A stretch of DNA of 64,000 nt from Candidatus Velesiimonas alkalicola (GCA_013626165.1 NDHX01000004.1:64565-128564), one strand, 5' to 3'. Shown: positions 31,461-42,437, counted from the stretch's first letter. Notes: generated by a model from the sequence alone, not told the origin. Made by a program: numbers and translations.

Positions 31461-32714
31461 ATGGATATAGAAAAATATGTTTTTGATGTTGTCCAAAAAG
31501 CAAAACAGGCATCTATCGCTCTTGGGATTCTGCCAACAGAGAAAAAAAATTCTGCACTATGTTTCATAGTAGATGAGATTTCAAAATCATCTTCAAAAAT
31601 TTTAGATGCAAATAAAAAAGATATAAATACTTGTATAAAACTTAAAAAGCCTCCTGCATTTATTGAGAGACTTAAACTGGATAAGAAAACTATTGATTCA
31701 ATGTGTGGCGCACTTATTGATATACAAAAACTTAATGACCCTGTCGGTAATATTGAAAATATAAAAAGAATGCCCAACGGATTGTTGATAGGAAAGATGC
31801 ATGTCCCGATAGGAGTTGTGCTTATAATATACGAATCAAGGCCGAATGTTACAAGTGATGCAGCAGGACTGTGCCTTAAAAGTGGGAATGCTTGTATATT
31901 AAAAGGCGGGAAGGAATCTATAAATACAAACATTGCAATTGATGAAAGTTTAAGAAAAGGACTTAAAAAAGCAGGGATAGATGAGAGTGCAGTACAGGTT
32001 GTAAGAACATTTGACAGAGAAGCAGTTGATATATTGTTAAAGCAAAACAGGTATATAGACCTTGTTATTCCAAGGGGCGGAGAGGGGCTTATAGAAGAGG
32101 TTATACAAAAGTCCCGCATACCTATTATAAAACATTATAAGGGTGTTTGTAATATATTTGTTGACATAACAGCAGATATACAGAAGTCTTGTAAAATAAT
32201 CTATAATGCAAAGGTCCAAAGACCCGGTGTTTGTAATGCTGTAGAATGTGTATTGATTCACAAAGATATTGCAAATGTTATTCTGCCGGATCTTTCAGAA
32301 CTTCTGTTCACTGCTGGAGTAGAAATAAAAGGATGCGACAAAACTTGCAGTCTTGTTCCAAAGGCAAAAAAAGCTGTGCAGGGTGATTGGGGGAAAGAGT
32401 TCCTTGACCTTATACTTGCCGTTCGTATAGTTGATTCAATTGATGAAGCAATAAAATATATAAGACGGTACGGGTCCTCTCATTCAGATGCAATCCTTAC
32501 AGAAAACTATACGAATGCAATGAAATTTATAAGAGAAGTTGATTCAGCCTGTGTATATGTCAACTCCTCTACCAGATTTACAGATGGTGGACAGTTTGGA
32601 ATGGGTGCCGAGATTGGTATATCAACGGACAAGATTCACGCCAGAGGACCTATGGGACTTGAAGAGATGACCTCTTACAAATATATAATATTAGGGGAGG
32701 GGCAGATAAGGTAA
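31461..32714 (+). CDS. proA: Gamma-glutamyl phosphate reductase
   Basis: YESRPNV, IPRGGEGLI, PGVCNAVE, STRFTDGGQFG, HARGPMGL; ATG at 31461. Confidence 0.96.
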   Translation: MDIEKYVFDVVQKAKQASIALGILPTEKKNSALCFIVDEISKSSSKILDANKKDINTCIKLKKPPAFIERLKLDKKTIDSMCGALIDIQKLNDPVGNIENIKRMPNGLLIGKMHVPIGVVLIIYESRPNVTSDAAGLCLKSGNACILKGGKESINTNIAIDESLRKGLKKAGIDESAVQVVRTFDREAVDILLKQNRYIDLVIPRGGEGLIEEVIQKSRIPIIKHYKGVCNIFVDITADIQKSCKIIYNAKVQRPGVCNAVECVLIHKDIANVILPDLSELLFTAGVEIKGCDKTCSLVPKAKKAVQGDWGKEFLDLILAVRIVDSIDEAIKYIRRYGSSHSDAILTENYTNAMKFIREVDSACVYVNSSTRFTDGGQFGMGAEIGISTDKIHARGPMGLEEMTSYKYIILGEGQIR

Positions 32715-32746
32715 AAATAGGTGTCGAGGTATCGGAAGATATAAAA

Positions 32747-32827
32747 CACAGGTGACAGGTGCTCTGGTGCTTCGGAGACTGGTTTTTCGGTTACCAGTCT
32801 CTAGTGAGTCTGTCACCTCGTTACTTA
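32747..32827. repeat. GGTGACA/TGTCACC heptamer hairpin
   Basis: ACAGGTGACAGG ... GAGACTGG/CCAGTCTC ... CTGTCACCT. Confidence 0.6.
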
Positions 32828-32841
32828 TCAAGAGTAGGTAT

Positions 32842-33429
32842 ATGAGAATAGGCATACTTGGGGGGACCTTTAATCCAATTCATATCGGGCATCTTGTTCT
32901 TGCAGAAGAAGCAAAAGAATCCTTAAAACTTGATAGGGTTATATTCATACCTGCTTTTATGCCGCCTCATAAAAATAGTTCAAGCATTATCAACCCTGAT
33001 GACAGACTTCAGATGGTCTGTCTTGCTGTACAGGGGAATGATGCATTTGAAGTAAGTGATATAGAGATAAGAAAACAAAGGATGTCATATTCGGTATATA
33101 CATTAAGAGATTTACACAAGCAGTATGGGAAAGGCACAGGCTTTTTTTTAATAACAGGTTCTGATTCACTTGGAGAATTGACTTCCTGGAAAAATATACA
33201 GGAGGTATTTCGCATGTCTCAGTTTGTTGTTGCCAGTAGACCCGGTTTTCCTGTTAAAGATGTTCCAAGTCAGATAAAGGTTGTTTTAATAACCCCCCTT
33301 GAAATATCTTCAACACAGATAAGAAGAAAAATAAGAGAAGGTCATTCTATAAGGTATCTTGTTCCTGATCCGGTAAGAGGATATATACTTGAAAAAGGTT
33401 TGTACAGAGATAAAAATCCTGGAAAATAA
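32842..33429 (+). CDS. nadD: Nicotinate-nucleotide adenylyltransferase
   Basis: GGTFNPIHIGH, ITGSDS, ISSTQIR; ATG at 32842. Confidence 0.94.
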   Translation: MRIGILGGTFNPIHIGHLVLAEEAKESLKLDRVIFIPAFMPPHKNSSSIINPDDRLQMVCLAVQGNDAFEVSDIEIRKQRMSYSVYTLRDLHKQYGKGTGFFLITGSDSLGELTSWKNIQEVFRMSQFVVASRPGFPVKDVPSQIKVVLITPLEISSTQIRRKIREGHSIRYLVPDPVRGYILEKGLYRDKNPGK

Positions 33430-35734
33430 ACTTAATGATTTTAATTTAGAGTCAAGAACATCGGCTTTAAAAGAATTATCCGAAAAAGTAAAATCAGGTA
33501 AGATACATGTAAGACCGGTAAGACAGGCCACAAATATGCATTTTCATACTTTTTTTTCATATAATTTATTAGGCTGGTCTCCTCTAAGGGTGGCATGGGA
33601 GTCTTATAAAAAAGGATTTCTAACATCCGGGATTGTTGATTTTGATGTGCTTGATGGAATGGAAGAATTTCTATGTGCAGGTGAAATATTAGGATTAAAA
33701 TCAGAGGTAGGACTTGAAACAAGAGTATTTATAAAAGAATGGGGACAGAAGGTTATAAACTCACCCTACGAACCTGGCATATTTTATCTTATGGGAACCG
33801 GTTTCTGGAAATTGCCTAAGAAAAATAGCAATCTAGAAAACACACTTATAAAATTAAGGACAACGGCAAGACAGAGGAATATACAGGTAGTTAAAAAAGT
33901 AAATGAATATTTAAAAAATGTACGGGTTGATTATGAAAAAGATGTTATACCCCTTACTCCTTCCGGCAATGCAACAGAAAGACATATTGTATGTGCATAT
34001 GATATAAAAACAAGACAATGTTTCCCTGATACAGGTAAACTATGTAGGTTCTGGTCAGATGTATTCAAAAAAGATATAAATATAATTAAGTCTTTGATGA
34101 AAGATAAACCGGCATTTTATGAGGTTATTCGTTTCAATCTTATGAAATATGGGGGCCCCGCCTATATAAAACCCGACACTGGTTCTTTTTCAACCATTGA
34201 AGAGGTTATAGAAATGATAACAGGATGCGAGGCTGTTCCGACCGCAACCTGGCTTGATGGAACAAGTGAGGCAGAAAAAAAGCCGGAAAATTTTCTTTCA
34301 CTTCTTATGCAAAAAGGTATAGAGATTGTAAATATTATTCCGGATAGAAACTGGAATATAAAAAATAAGAAAGAGCAAAATAGAAAAGTTAAGAACCTTT
34401 ACATGTTTCTTGATACTGCAATAAAAATGAATATACCTGTTATTATCGGAACAGAGATGAATAAACAGGGACAGCCTGTAGAAGATAATTTGGGCACCTT
34501 TGAACTTTCGCCTTATGCCCAATATTTTATTCAATCTTCTTTGGTGCTTACGGGACATACTATTTTGGCAAGATACCTAAACCGGTCTATTACCAGCAGG
34601 TGGGCAAAGGAAAGATTTGGAAAAGATAAAAAAAAGAGAAATGTATTTTATGCTGGTATTGGAAAAAAATATTCACTCGGAGAAAAAGAAGACAAAATGA
34701 AAGCCGCAATATTTCTTGGACCCGGAAAAATGGAGGTTAAAAATATCTCAGATCCTAAACCAAAAAAAGGCGAGGTTTTGCTTAACATAAAGGCCTGTGC
34801 AGTATGCGGAACAGATGTGCGGATATTTTATCATGGGCAGAAGAATGTTGTTCCACCGCGGATAACAGGGCATGAGATAGCGGGTATTGTTGAGGATGTC
34901 GGAGAGGAAGTAAAAAATGTAAAAGCGGGAACTCCTGTAACAACCGTTACTTCTGTTGGGTGTGGAGATTGTAAATATTGTTCAAAAGGCAATGTCAATC
35001 TTTGTCCTGAAACAAGGGCAATCGGTTATTTCTGGGACGGTGGTTTTGCAGAAAAGATGATAATTCCAGCAGAGGCTATCTCACAGAATTCTCTTATAAA
35101 ACTTTCCAAAGGTATGGATTTTGATGTTGCGTCTCTTATAGAGCCTTTTTCCTGTTGTATAAACGGACAGGATTACTTAAACATACAGGAAGGGGATAGT
35201 GTTGTTGTTTTTGGTTCTGGTCCTATCGGATGTATGCATATCGCACTTGCAAAAGCACAAGGCGTAGATTCTGTATATCTTATAGATGTATCTGACGAAA
35301 GACTTTCTATGAGTAAGCCTTTTGGTGTGGATATATGTATAAACAGCACCAGAGAAGATCCTGTAAAAAGGATACTTGAACTTACACAGGGACAGGGAGC
35401 CGATTGTATCATAACAGCCTGTCCTGCTGGCATTGCACAGGAACAGGCATTACAGATGGCTTCAAAAAAGGGGAGGATAAGTTTTTTTGGCGGGCTTCCA
35501 AAAGACAATCCTTATATAAAATTTGATTCAAACCTTATACACTACAGGGAAATATCTGTTTTCGGCGCTTTTGCATCTCACAGGGAACAGTTTGTAAGGG
35601 CGCTGGAATTTATTAAATCAGGTAAAATAAAAGCAAATGATTTTATAACACACCGTTTTTCGCTTGAAGATATAACAAAGGCTATAGAAACAGTAAAGAC
35701 AGGAAAATCGCTCAAAGCAGTAATTGTAATGTAA
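33389..35734 (+). CDS. PHP-like metallo-domain fused to a Zn-dependent (sorbitol/threonine-type) dehydrogenase
   Basis: N-terminal HFHTFFS and DFDVLDG; from 34697 MKAAIF, CGTD, GHE, CGDCKYC..C, GSGPIG; exact start uncertain. Confidence 0.75.
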   Translation: MKKVCTEIKILENKLNDFNLESRTSALKELSEKVKSGKIHVRPVRQATNMHFHTFFSYNLLGWSPLRVAWESYKKGFLTSGIVDFDVLDGMEEFLCAGEILGLKSEVGLETRVFIKEWGQKVINSPYEPGIFYLMGTGFWKLPKKNSNLENTLIKLRTTARQRNIQVVKKVNEYLKNVRVDYEKDVIPLTPSGNATERHIVCAYDIKTRQCFPDTGKLCRFWSDVFKKDINIIKSLMKDKPAFYEVIRFNLMKYGGPAYIKPDTGSFSTIEEVIEMITGCEAVPTATWLDGTSEAEKKPENFLSLLMQKGIEIVNIIPDRNWNIKNKKEQNRKVKNLYMFLDTAIKMNIPVIIGTEMNKQGQPVEDNLGTFELSPYAQYFIQSSLVLTGHTILARYLNRSITSRWAKERFGKDKKKRNVFYAGIGKKYSLGEKEDKMKAAIFLGPGKMEVKNISDPKPKKGEVLLNIKACAVCGTDVRIFYHGQKNVVPPRITGHEIAGIVEDVGEEVKNVKAGTPVTTVTSVGCGDCKYCSKGNVNLCPETRAIGYFWDGGFAEKMIIPAEAISQNSLIKLSKGMDFDVASLIEPFSCCINGQDYLNIQEGDSVVVFGSGPIGCMHIALAKAQGVDSVYLIDVSDERLSMSKPFGVDICINSTREDPVKRILELTQGQGADCIITACPAGIAQEQALQMASKKGRISFFGGLPKDNPYIKFDSNLIHYREISVFGAFASHREQFVRALEFIKSGKIKANDFITHRFSLEDITKAIETVKTGKSLKAVIVM

Positions 35735-35755
35735 CAAGGCAACTGGTGACTGATT

Positions 35756-37438
35756 ATGATTTCATCCAAAATTAATCTGAATAACCCTGAACTTCGAGAA
35801 ATAAAAAACTCATTGGTTATAAGTCACCAGATGTTTTTATCTAGTTTAAGGAAATATTATATCAATAAGATTTCTGCCTGGTTTTACACACAGGAGCAAA
35901 AACAGTGGCTAAAAAATACTATCAAAGAGCAAAATTCCAAGCAGTGGGATATACTAACCACAGATTGTGAAAGGATAATGTCTTCTGATTTAAAGAATCC
36001 CCTTGTGGTTTCTATCCTGCCATTTTCTCGCGTGTACTATTTAGAGTCCGATATCAGATACTTAAAATTTATAAAAAAATATTTGCAAGCATTTATCAAT
36101 ATTGAGCAGGATAAGAATATATTGTTATTCACTGCAAGGTTATGTGAAGCGGTTGATTTGTTTTATCTCTTATTGGAGGATAAACAGTGGACAGATGATG
36201 AATTTGAACATCTAATAGAATTTATTTATACAAGTTTCCAATCTTTATTTAATCACTTATCCTGTGATGGTTCATTTAATAATTTTAAGGCCGCATCAAC
36301 ACTACTTTACATATCTTCTTATTTCTCTGAATTTCAGGGCTCACATAAAAAGATCAGATCTACCCTACCTGTGGTTGAAGGCTTTGTGTTAGACAATATT
36401 CTTACAGATGGTTTTAGTAAAGATACTGATACATCTTCAATTGTGGACATCTTAAATGAGATTATAAAGATTCGGTCTCTCTTTTTTTTAAGAACTAAAT
36501 TTAGTCCACAGTTTATAAACAGGCTTGAAAAGGCTTCATCTGCACTTGCAAATGTAATAATGCCGGACAAAACAATTCTCTATAATTCAAAAGGACTAAA
36601 CAATGAACAGATATATTCTGTTGTGCAAAAGGTCAGACTCATAATTGGCAAGAAGCCAATCTTTGATTATAAAAAATTAGATATAGACTGTGCATTTAGT
36701 TTCGGTAAAAAATATATAAATCAGACAGATACAGATAAAATATCATCCCAGAAATCGGCTGTTTCATTTCCTTACACCGGTCTATATATACAAAGGGCAG
36801 TGCACCATAAAAATATAAACACACTTTGTGTAAGAACAAAAAAACAGCCCGGTTTTGACATGTTTTTATCGGAAAAACCTGTGATACAGAATCAGGAACT
36901 TTTTGAAAAAAACAGTATGTGTAGCGTTGACCTGTGGGCGGTCGGGAAAAAAAGAAGGATGCTTCGTATAACAGGCGAAAATTCAAGAAGCAAAACCTTT
37001 CTTCTTGAACAGGACAGATACTGGATTGTTGCCGACTCGTTAATGGGAATAAAAGATAAGGAATTAATTGTCAAATATAAAATAAAAATCGCAAAGATTG
37101 TGTGGAATAAGGAAAGGGGGTTAGCATCTGTGAGGCTTGAAAACGGAACAGGTCTTATAATCTGTCCTGTATCAAATGTTTGTCTTGATATCAGTATTTT
37201 TAACAGCGGGGATAGTTCAGAGATGGTTTTAAGAGCACCTTCAGAAGAAAAAAATCAGGGTGGTTGTCATTTGGTATGTGTTTTTTATCCATCAGAAACT
37301 GAAAGGGATATAAACCTCAAAGTAAGAAGCACATGGACAGAGTATGGACCGTCTGCAATAACAGTATTCAGAGAAAAAATTACTGATTCTATTCCTTTTA
37401 GGATGTTTGTCCAGGGTGAGGAAGGAAAGAAAAGATGA
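35756..37438 (+). CDS. Hypothetical protein, degenerate heparinase II/III-like
   Basis: ILTDG, MPDKT, SFPYTGLYIQR and YWIVAD resemble the heparinase II/III layout. Confidence 0.45.
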   Translation: MISSKINLNNPELREIKNSLVISHQMFLSSLRKYYINKISAWFYTQEQKQWLKNTIKEQNSKQWDILTTDCERIMSSDLKNPLVVSILPFSRVYYLESDIRYLKFIKKYLQAFINIEQDKNILLFTARLCEAVDLFYLLLEDKQWTDDEFEHLIEFIYTSFQSLFNHLSCDGSFNNFKAASTLLYISSYFSEFQGSHKKIRSTLPVVEGFVLDNILTDGFSKDTDTSSIVDILNEIIKIRSLFFLRTKFSPQFINRLEKASSALANVIMPDKTILYNSKGLNNEQIYSVVQKVRLIIGKKPIFDYKKLDIDCAFSFGKKYINQTDTDKISSQKSAVSFPYTGLYIQRAVHHKNINTLCVRTKKQPGFDMFLSEKPVIQNQELFEKNSMCSVDLWAVGKKRRMLRITGENSRSKTFLLEQDRYWIVADSLMGIKDKELIVKYKIKIAKIVWNKERGLASVRLENGTGLIICPVSNVCLDISIFNSGDSSEMVLRAPSEEKNQGGCHLVCVFYPSETERDINLKVRSTWTEYGPSAITVFREKITDSIPFRMFVQGEEGKKR

Positions 37439-37494
37439 CACCTTAAACACCTTAAAGATCTCTACGACTAAAATATAATATCTTCTCAATGGCA

Positions 37495-37557
37495 ATTGGT
37501 TATTTATCTGGTTATTTAGTTATTTAGATAACCAAACCATTAAACAACCAGATAACT
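37495..37557. repeat. GGTTATTT/ATAACC short-repeat hairpin
   Basis: TTGGTTATTTATCTGGTTATTTAG ... ATAACCAAACC...ACCAGATAAC. Confidence 0.55.
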
Positions 37558-37571
37558 ACATGGAGTAAAAT

Positions 37572-38345
37572 ATGCTTATAGGTTGCAGTACATTTTGTGT
37601 AGATTCGGGGATTCCACTTATAGAAAAATTAAGGATAATAAAGGATGCGGGCTTTCCATTTATTGGTATATGTGCCGAGGACCTGCCCGATGTTGCAGAT
37701 ATATCATCTGTTATAAAAGCAGTCTCTGAGATAAAGATAAGTATATCATCCTGCCATTGTCCGACCATACTTGATATGAAAGATGATGTAGGGCAGACGG
37801 TTGATTCACTTTATAATGAACTTGCAACAGCCGTTGCCATCGGATGTAAGTTTTTTGTCATATCATTTGAAAGCGGAGGAGCACAGGAACAGTCAGAATA
37901 CGCGCACAGTATTCTTGTGAAACTACTTCCAATTGCTCATGCACACAAGGTTATCATCGGTATAGAAAATACTGATTTTGAACATATACAAAATATTGCA
38001 AGTGTAATAGCAAATATAAATTCTCCTTTTGTAAGGTCAGTTTTCAATATAGGGAATTGCACAAATAACGGCGGGAATTTAAATCCAGAATGTTCAGCAC
38101 AGGCTATAGATATACTCGGTAGATCTATAATAGAGATCCATGTATCAGATGCAGATAAAGAGCAATCACATCTTATCCCGGGAAAGGGTCAGACTTTATG
38201 GGTAAAACTTGGTATTGCAATATTAAGAACAAAATACAGGGGATATTGGATGCTTGAATACAAGAATAAAGAACCGGCTCTAACACTGTCTGAGGGCATG
38301 GATTTTATATACAAATTTACAGGAAGACAAAGAGTGGTAATGTAG
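37572..38345 (+). CDS. Sugar phosphate isomerase/epimerase family (xylose isomerase-like TIM barrel)
   Basis: IGIEN, IHVSD, HLIPGKG, YRGYWMLE. Confidence 0.7.
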   Translation: MLIGCSTFCVDSGIPLIEKLRIIKDAGFPFIGICAEDLPDVADISSVIKAVSEIKISISSCHCPTILDMKDDVGQTVDSLYNELATAVAIGCKFFVISFESGGAQEQSEYAHSILVKLLPIAHAHKVIIGIENTDFEHIQNIASVIANINSPFVRSVFNIGNCTNNGGNLNPECSAQAIDILGRSIIEIHVSDADKEQSHLIPGKGQTLWVKLGIAILRTKYRGYWMLEYKNKEPALTLSEGMDFIYKFTGRQRVVM

Positions 38346-38443
38346 AAGATAGGTAACTGATGGCTGGTTGAAAATTCAGGTCCATCCTCAACAGTCCATA
38401 GTCTACAGTTTATGGACCACAAAATAAAGGGGAAAACAACATA

Positions 38444-40441
38444 TTGAGTAATCTTGTAATAGTAGAATCTCCTGCAAAGGCTAAAACCATAGGGAAGTTT
38501 CTTGGGACAAACTATACCGTCAAAGCATCTATGGGACATGTTATAGATTTGCCGGGCAACAGAATGGGAATAGAAATAAGTAATGAAAAAATAGGAGAAC
38601 CTGAATATGTAGTAATAAAAGGGAAAAAAACCGTGCTTACAGAATTAAAAAAAATTGCGAAAAATTCAAATGTATATATTGCAACAGATCCAGACAGAGA
38701 AGGTGAGGCAATAGGCTGGCATATCTTAAATTACATTAAGGCTGAAAATCCCAGGAGAATACTTTTATATGAAATAACAAAAGAAGCCGTTCAATATGCA
38801 ATCGAACATCCATCCTTGATAGACAATAATAAGGTTCAGTCCCAGCAGGCAAGAAGAATACTTGACAGGGTTGTTGGCTACTCAATAAGTCCGATATTGT
38901 GGAAAAAAGTGGGCAGGGGTTTAAGCGCAGGCAGGGTCCAATCTGTTGCAGTGCGGATTATTGTTGAAAGAGATAGGCAGATAAGGGCATTTGTTTCGGA
39001 AGAATACTGGACAATAGATGCTATATTTTCTAAATTAAACAATGAGGTATTTACTTCTCGTCTTGATAGAATACAGGATGAGAAAATAAACATTAAAACA
39101 AAACAACAGGCAGATGGTATTATCGCCAGAATTAAAGGGTGTAAAAAATTTTCTGTATCTGATATAAAAATTACAGAAAAAAAGAAAAATCCATCCCCTC
39201 CTTTTATAACAAGTCAATTACAGCAGGTAGCATTTAATAAATTTCATTTTCCTGCTATAAAAACTATAAAGATTGCACAGACACTTTATGAAGGGCTTCA
39301 GATAGGCAGCAAGGAACAGGCTGGACTTATTACATACATCAGAACAGACTCTGTTAGGTGTTCAGAATCAGCAATCAAAGATGTAAGAAAATTTATTGGG
39401 GAAAAGTATGGAGATGGGTTGTGTCCCGAATCGCCCAACAGATATAAATCAAAAAAAACCGCACAGGAAGCACACGAGGCAATCCGCCCGACATCTGTTT
39501 ATAGGACACCCGATGATATAAAGCAAAACCTAACAGAAGAGCAATTTAAAATCTATGAACTTATATGGCAGAAATTTGTTGCAAGTCAGATGAGTCCTGC
39601 TATATTTTCTCAAATAAGAATTGAAATTACAGGTATAAACAATCAGGACAAATTTCTTTTTGTCTCAACTGGTTCTGTGCCTGTGTTTTTAGGTTTCCTT
39701 TCCGTTTATCAGGAGGCTGACAAACGGGGATTGGAAGAAAAAAGTGAAGGTGAAATAAAAATCCCATCTTTTACAAAAAATGAACAGGTTGAATTGAAAG
39801 AGTTAAAATCGGGTCAGCATTTTACGCAACCGCCGCCCCATTATACAGATGCAAGCCTTATAAAAGCACTTGAAGAAAAAGGTATAGGAAGGCCATCTAC
39901 ATATGCGGGCATACTTCAAGTAATCGTTAATAGGGGGTATGTGAAGAGAGAAAAGGGGGCACTTCTTGCAACAGAGATAGGAGAAATAGTTACCGATATG
40001 CTTATAAAATCTTTTCCCAATATTTTAGATGTTAAGTTCACAGCACAGATAGAAGATGAGCTTGACATCATTGAGCAAGGTAAAACAAAGTGGGATGCAG
40101 TTATCTTAAATTTTTACAGGCCGTTTAAGATTTCTCTTGATAATGCCGGGAGAGATATGCAAAACTTTAAAAAAATAGAAGTGAAAACCGATAAAAAGTG
40201 TGAAAAGTGCCAAAGCCCAATGGTTATAAAATGGGGAAGAAATGGTAGATTTATTGCCTGTTCGGCATACCCGTCTTGTAAAAATACAAAGTCCATAGGA
40301 ACAGGTGTGAAGTGTCCGTCACAAGACTGTGGGGGCGAACTTGTAGAAAGAAGAGCAAGGAAAAAAGGAGCAAGGCTCTTCTACGGTTGTTCAAGGTATC
40401 CCGAATGTAAATTTGTCACCTCATATTTGAAAAAAATATGA
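38444..40441 (+). CDS. topA: DNA topoisomerase I
   Basis: LVIVESPAKAKTI, ATDPDREGEAI, SAGRVQS, ITYIRTDS, GIGRPSTY, zinc ribbons; TTG start. Confidence 0.96.
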   Translation: MSNLVIVESPAKAKTIGKFLGTNYTVKASMGHVIDLPGNRMGIEISNEKIGEPEYVVIKGKKTVLTELKKIAKNSNVYIATDPDREGEAIGWHILNYIKAENPRRILLYEITKEAVQYAIEHPSLIDNNKVQSQQARRILDRVVGYSISPILWKKVGRGLSAGRVQSVAVRIIVERDRQIRAFVSEEYWTIDAIFSKLNNEVFTSRLDRIQDEKINIKTKQQADGIIARIKGCKKFSVSDIKITEKKKNPSPPFITSQLQQVAFNKFHFPAIKTIKIAQTLYEGLQIGSKEQAGLITYIRTDSVRCSESAIKDVRKFIGEKYGDGLCPESPNRYKSKKTAQEAHEAIRPTSVYRTPDDIKQNLTEEQFKIYELIWQKFVASQMSPAIFSQIRIEITGINNQDKFLFVSTGSVPVFLGFLSVYQEADKRGLEEKSEGEIKIPSFTKNEQVELKELKSGQHFTQPPPHYTDASLIKALEEKGIGRPSTYAGILQVIVNRGYVKREKGALLATEIGEIVTDMLIKSFPNILDVKFTAQIEDELDIIEQGKTKWDAVILNFYRPFKISLDNAGRDMQNFKKIEVKTDKKCEKCQSPMVIKWGRNGRFIACSAYPSCKNTKSIGTGVKCPSQDCGGELVERRARKKGARLFYGCSRYPECKFVTSYLKKI

Positions 40442-42384
40442 TATTTCATCTCAAAAGTCCATACAAACCTGTTAGTGATCAGCCCTCTGCTATTTATTTC
40501 CTGTCAGATGGTATTAAAAAAAATATAAGATATCAGACACTGCTTGGCGCAACCGGCACAGGAAAAACATTTACCATTGCAAATGTAATCTCTAATATTG
40601 ATAAACCCGTCCTTGTAATATCACACAACAAAACACTTGCCGCACAATTATACAGAGAGTTCAAAGATTTTTTCCCCAGCAATGCAGTAGAATACTTCAT
40701 AAGTTATTATGATTATTACCAGCCCGAAGCATATATCCCGCAGACAGACACATATATTGAAAAAGACGCAACCATAAACGAAGAAATAGACAGACTTCGT
40801 CTTAAAGCAACAAGCAGCCTTATTACAAGAAGAGATGTGATTGTTGTTGCAAGCGTTTCCTGTATATATAACCTCGGTGAACCTTCCGAGTATGAGGGAG
40901 CACACTTAAATATAAGCGTCGGACAGACTATACCGATGGAGGATATTTTAAAAGAGTTTGTTAGTCTTCGCTATAACAGAGACGAAACAGGGTTTAAGAG
41001 AGGTATTTTTAGGGTAAGAGGGGATGTTGTTGAAATTTTTCCGTCATATGAGGAAACCCCTTTCAGGATAGAATTTTTTGGCAACAGAATAAAAAAGATT
41101 TCTCTTATAAAAACAGACGGGGCCTTTGTTTCAAACCTTGAAAAACTTTTTCTTTATCCAGCAAAACATTTTGTTGTATCACAAAATAGATTTCAAGATG
41201 CCCTTGACTCTATAAGAGAGGAACTTAAAAAAAGAGTAAAAGAACTTTTATCTGCGGGTAAAGAAATGGAGGCAAACAGGTTAAAAACAAGAACAGAATT
41301 TGATATTCAGATGCTTGAAGAAGCAGGGGTCTGTAATGGCATAGAAAACTATTCTAGACATTTTTCCCGCCGTCCAGCAGGAAGCCGTTCCTATGCGCTT
41401 CTTGATTATTTTCCAAAAGATTTTCTTACCATTATTGATGAATCACATGTTACAATCCCTCAGATTCGGGGAATGTATAATGCAGATAAATCAAGGAAAC
41501 AAACACTCGTTGATTTTGGTTTCAGACTTCCGTCCTGTATGGATAACAGGCCATTAAAATTTGAAGAATGGGATATGCTTACACCTCAATGTATATTTAT
41601 GTCTGCAACCCCCGGTGGATATGAACTGACGAAAAGTTTAGATAGAATTATTGAGCAAATTATAAGACCCACGGGACTTGTTGACCCAAAGATAGAGGTT
41701 CGCCCGATAAAAGGACAGATAGACGATATTATAAAAGAATGTAAAAACAGGATAAAAAAAGAACAAAGGGTGCTTATAACAACACTTACAAAAAAAATGG
41801 CAGAAGAATTGTCCAGGTACCTTGAAGAAATGGGTATAAAGGCAAGATATATACATTCCGATTTAAATGCATTTGAAAGAGTTGGCATCCTGAAAGATTT
41901 GAGGCTCAGAAACATAGATGTGCTTGTAGGAGTGAATCTTTTAAGAGAAGGGCTTGACCTTCCGGAGGTTTCTCTTGTTGCTGTTTTTGATGCTGATAAA
42001 GAGGGGTTCTTAAGGTCAAAAACCTCGCTGATACAGGTTTCTGGAAGAGCCGCAAGAAATATTGACGGAAGCGTTATACTGTATGCCGATACAATCACCG
42101 ATTCAATGAAAGAGGCATCAAAAGAATCGGAAAGAAGAAGAGTTGTGCAGATACGATATAATAAGCAACACAATATAAAACCGAAAACAATCCAGAAGGC
42201 GGTTAAAAATTATCTTGACACCTATGAGAAAAACCAGATCTCAAAGGTGACAGATAACATAGCCTACTACAAGGAAAAAAATATACAAAAACTTGAAGCA
42301 GAAATGAAAAGGACTGCAAGAGAACTAAACTTTGAAAAAGCAGCTTTGATAAGAGATAGAATAAAACAATTAAAAAAAGTTTGA
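40438..42384 (+). CDS. uvrB: Excinuclease ABC subunit B
   Basis: GATGTGKT, YYDYYQPEAY, DESH, NLLREGLDLPEV, C-terminal UVR domain. Confidence 0.96.
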   Translation: MIFHLKSPYKPVSDQPSAIYFLSDGIKKNIRYQTLLGATGTGKTFTIANVISNIDKPVLVISHNKTLAAQLYREFKDFFPSNAVEYFISYYDYYQPEAYIPQTDTYIEKDATINEEIDRLRLKATSSLITRRDVIVVASVSCIYNLGEPSEYEGAHLNISVGQTIPMEDILKEFVSLRYNRDETGFKRGIFRVRGDVVEIFPSYEETPFRIEFFGNRIKKISLIKTDGAFVSNLEKLFLYPAKHFVVSQNRFQDALDSIREELKKRVKELLSAGKEMEANRLKTRTEFDIQMLEEAGVCNGIENYSRHFSRRPAGSRSYALLDYFPKDFLTIIDESHVTIPQIRGMYNADKSRKQTLVDFGFRLPSCMDNRPLKFEEWDMLTPQCIFMSATPGGYELTKSLDRIIEQIIRPTGLVDPKIEVRPIKGQIDDIIKECKNRIKKEQRVLITTLTKKMAEELSRYLEEMGIKARYIHSDLNAFERVGILKDLRLRNIDVLVGVNLLREGLDLPEVSLVAVFDADKEGFLRSKTSLIQVSGRAARNIDGSVILYADTITDSMKEASKESERRRVVQIRYNKQHNIKPKTIQKAVKNYLDTYEKNQISKVTDNIAYYKEKNIQKLEAEMKRTARELNFEKAALIRDRIKQLKKV

Positions 42385-42437
42385 CAATAAAAGAAGTGCA
42401 AAATAAAACGAGAAAATAAAACTATTGAAGAAAGTTA

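Noticed and set aside
30454-32119. Long antisense ORFs (30454-31146, 31295-32119) and similar ones such as 41586-42173
   Set aside because: Shadow frames opposite well-supported proB, proA and uvrB genes.
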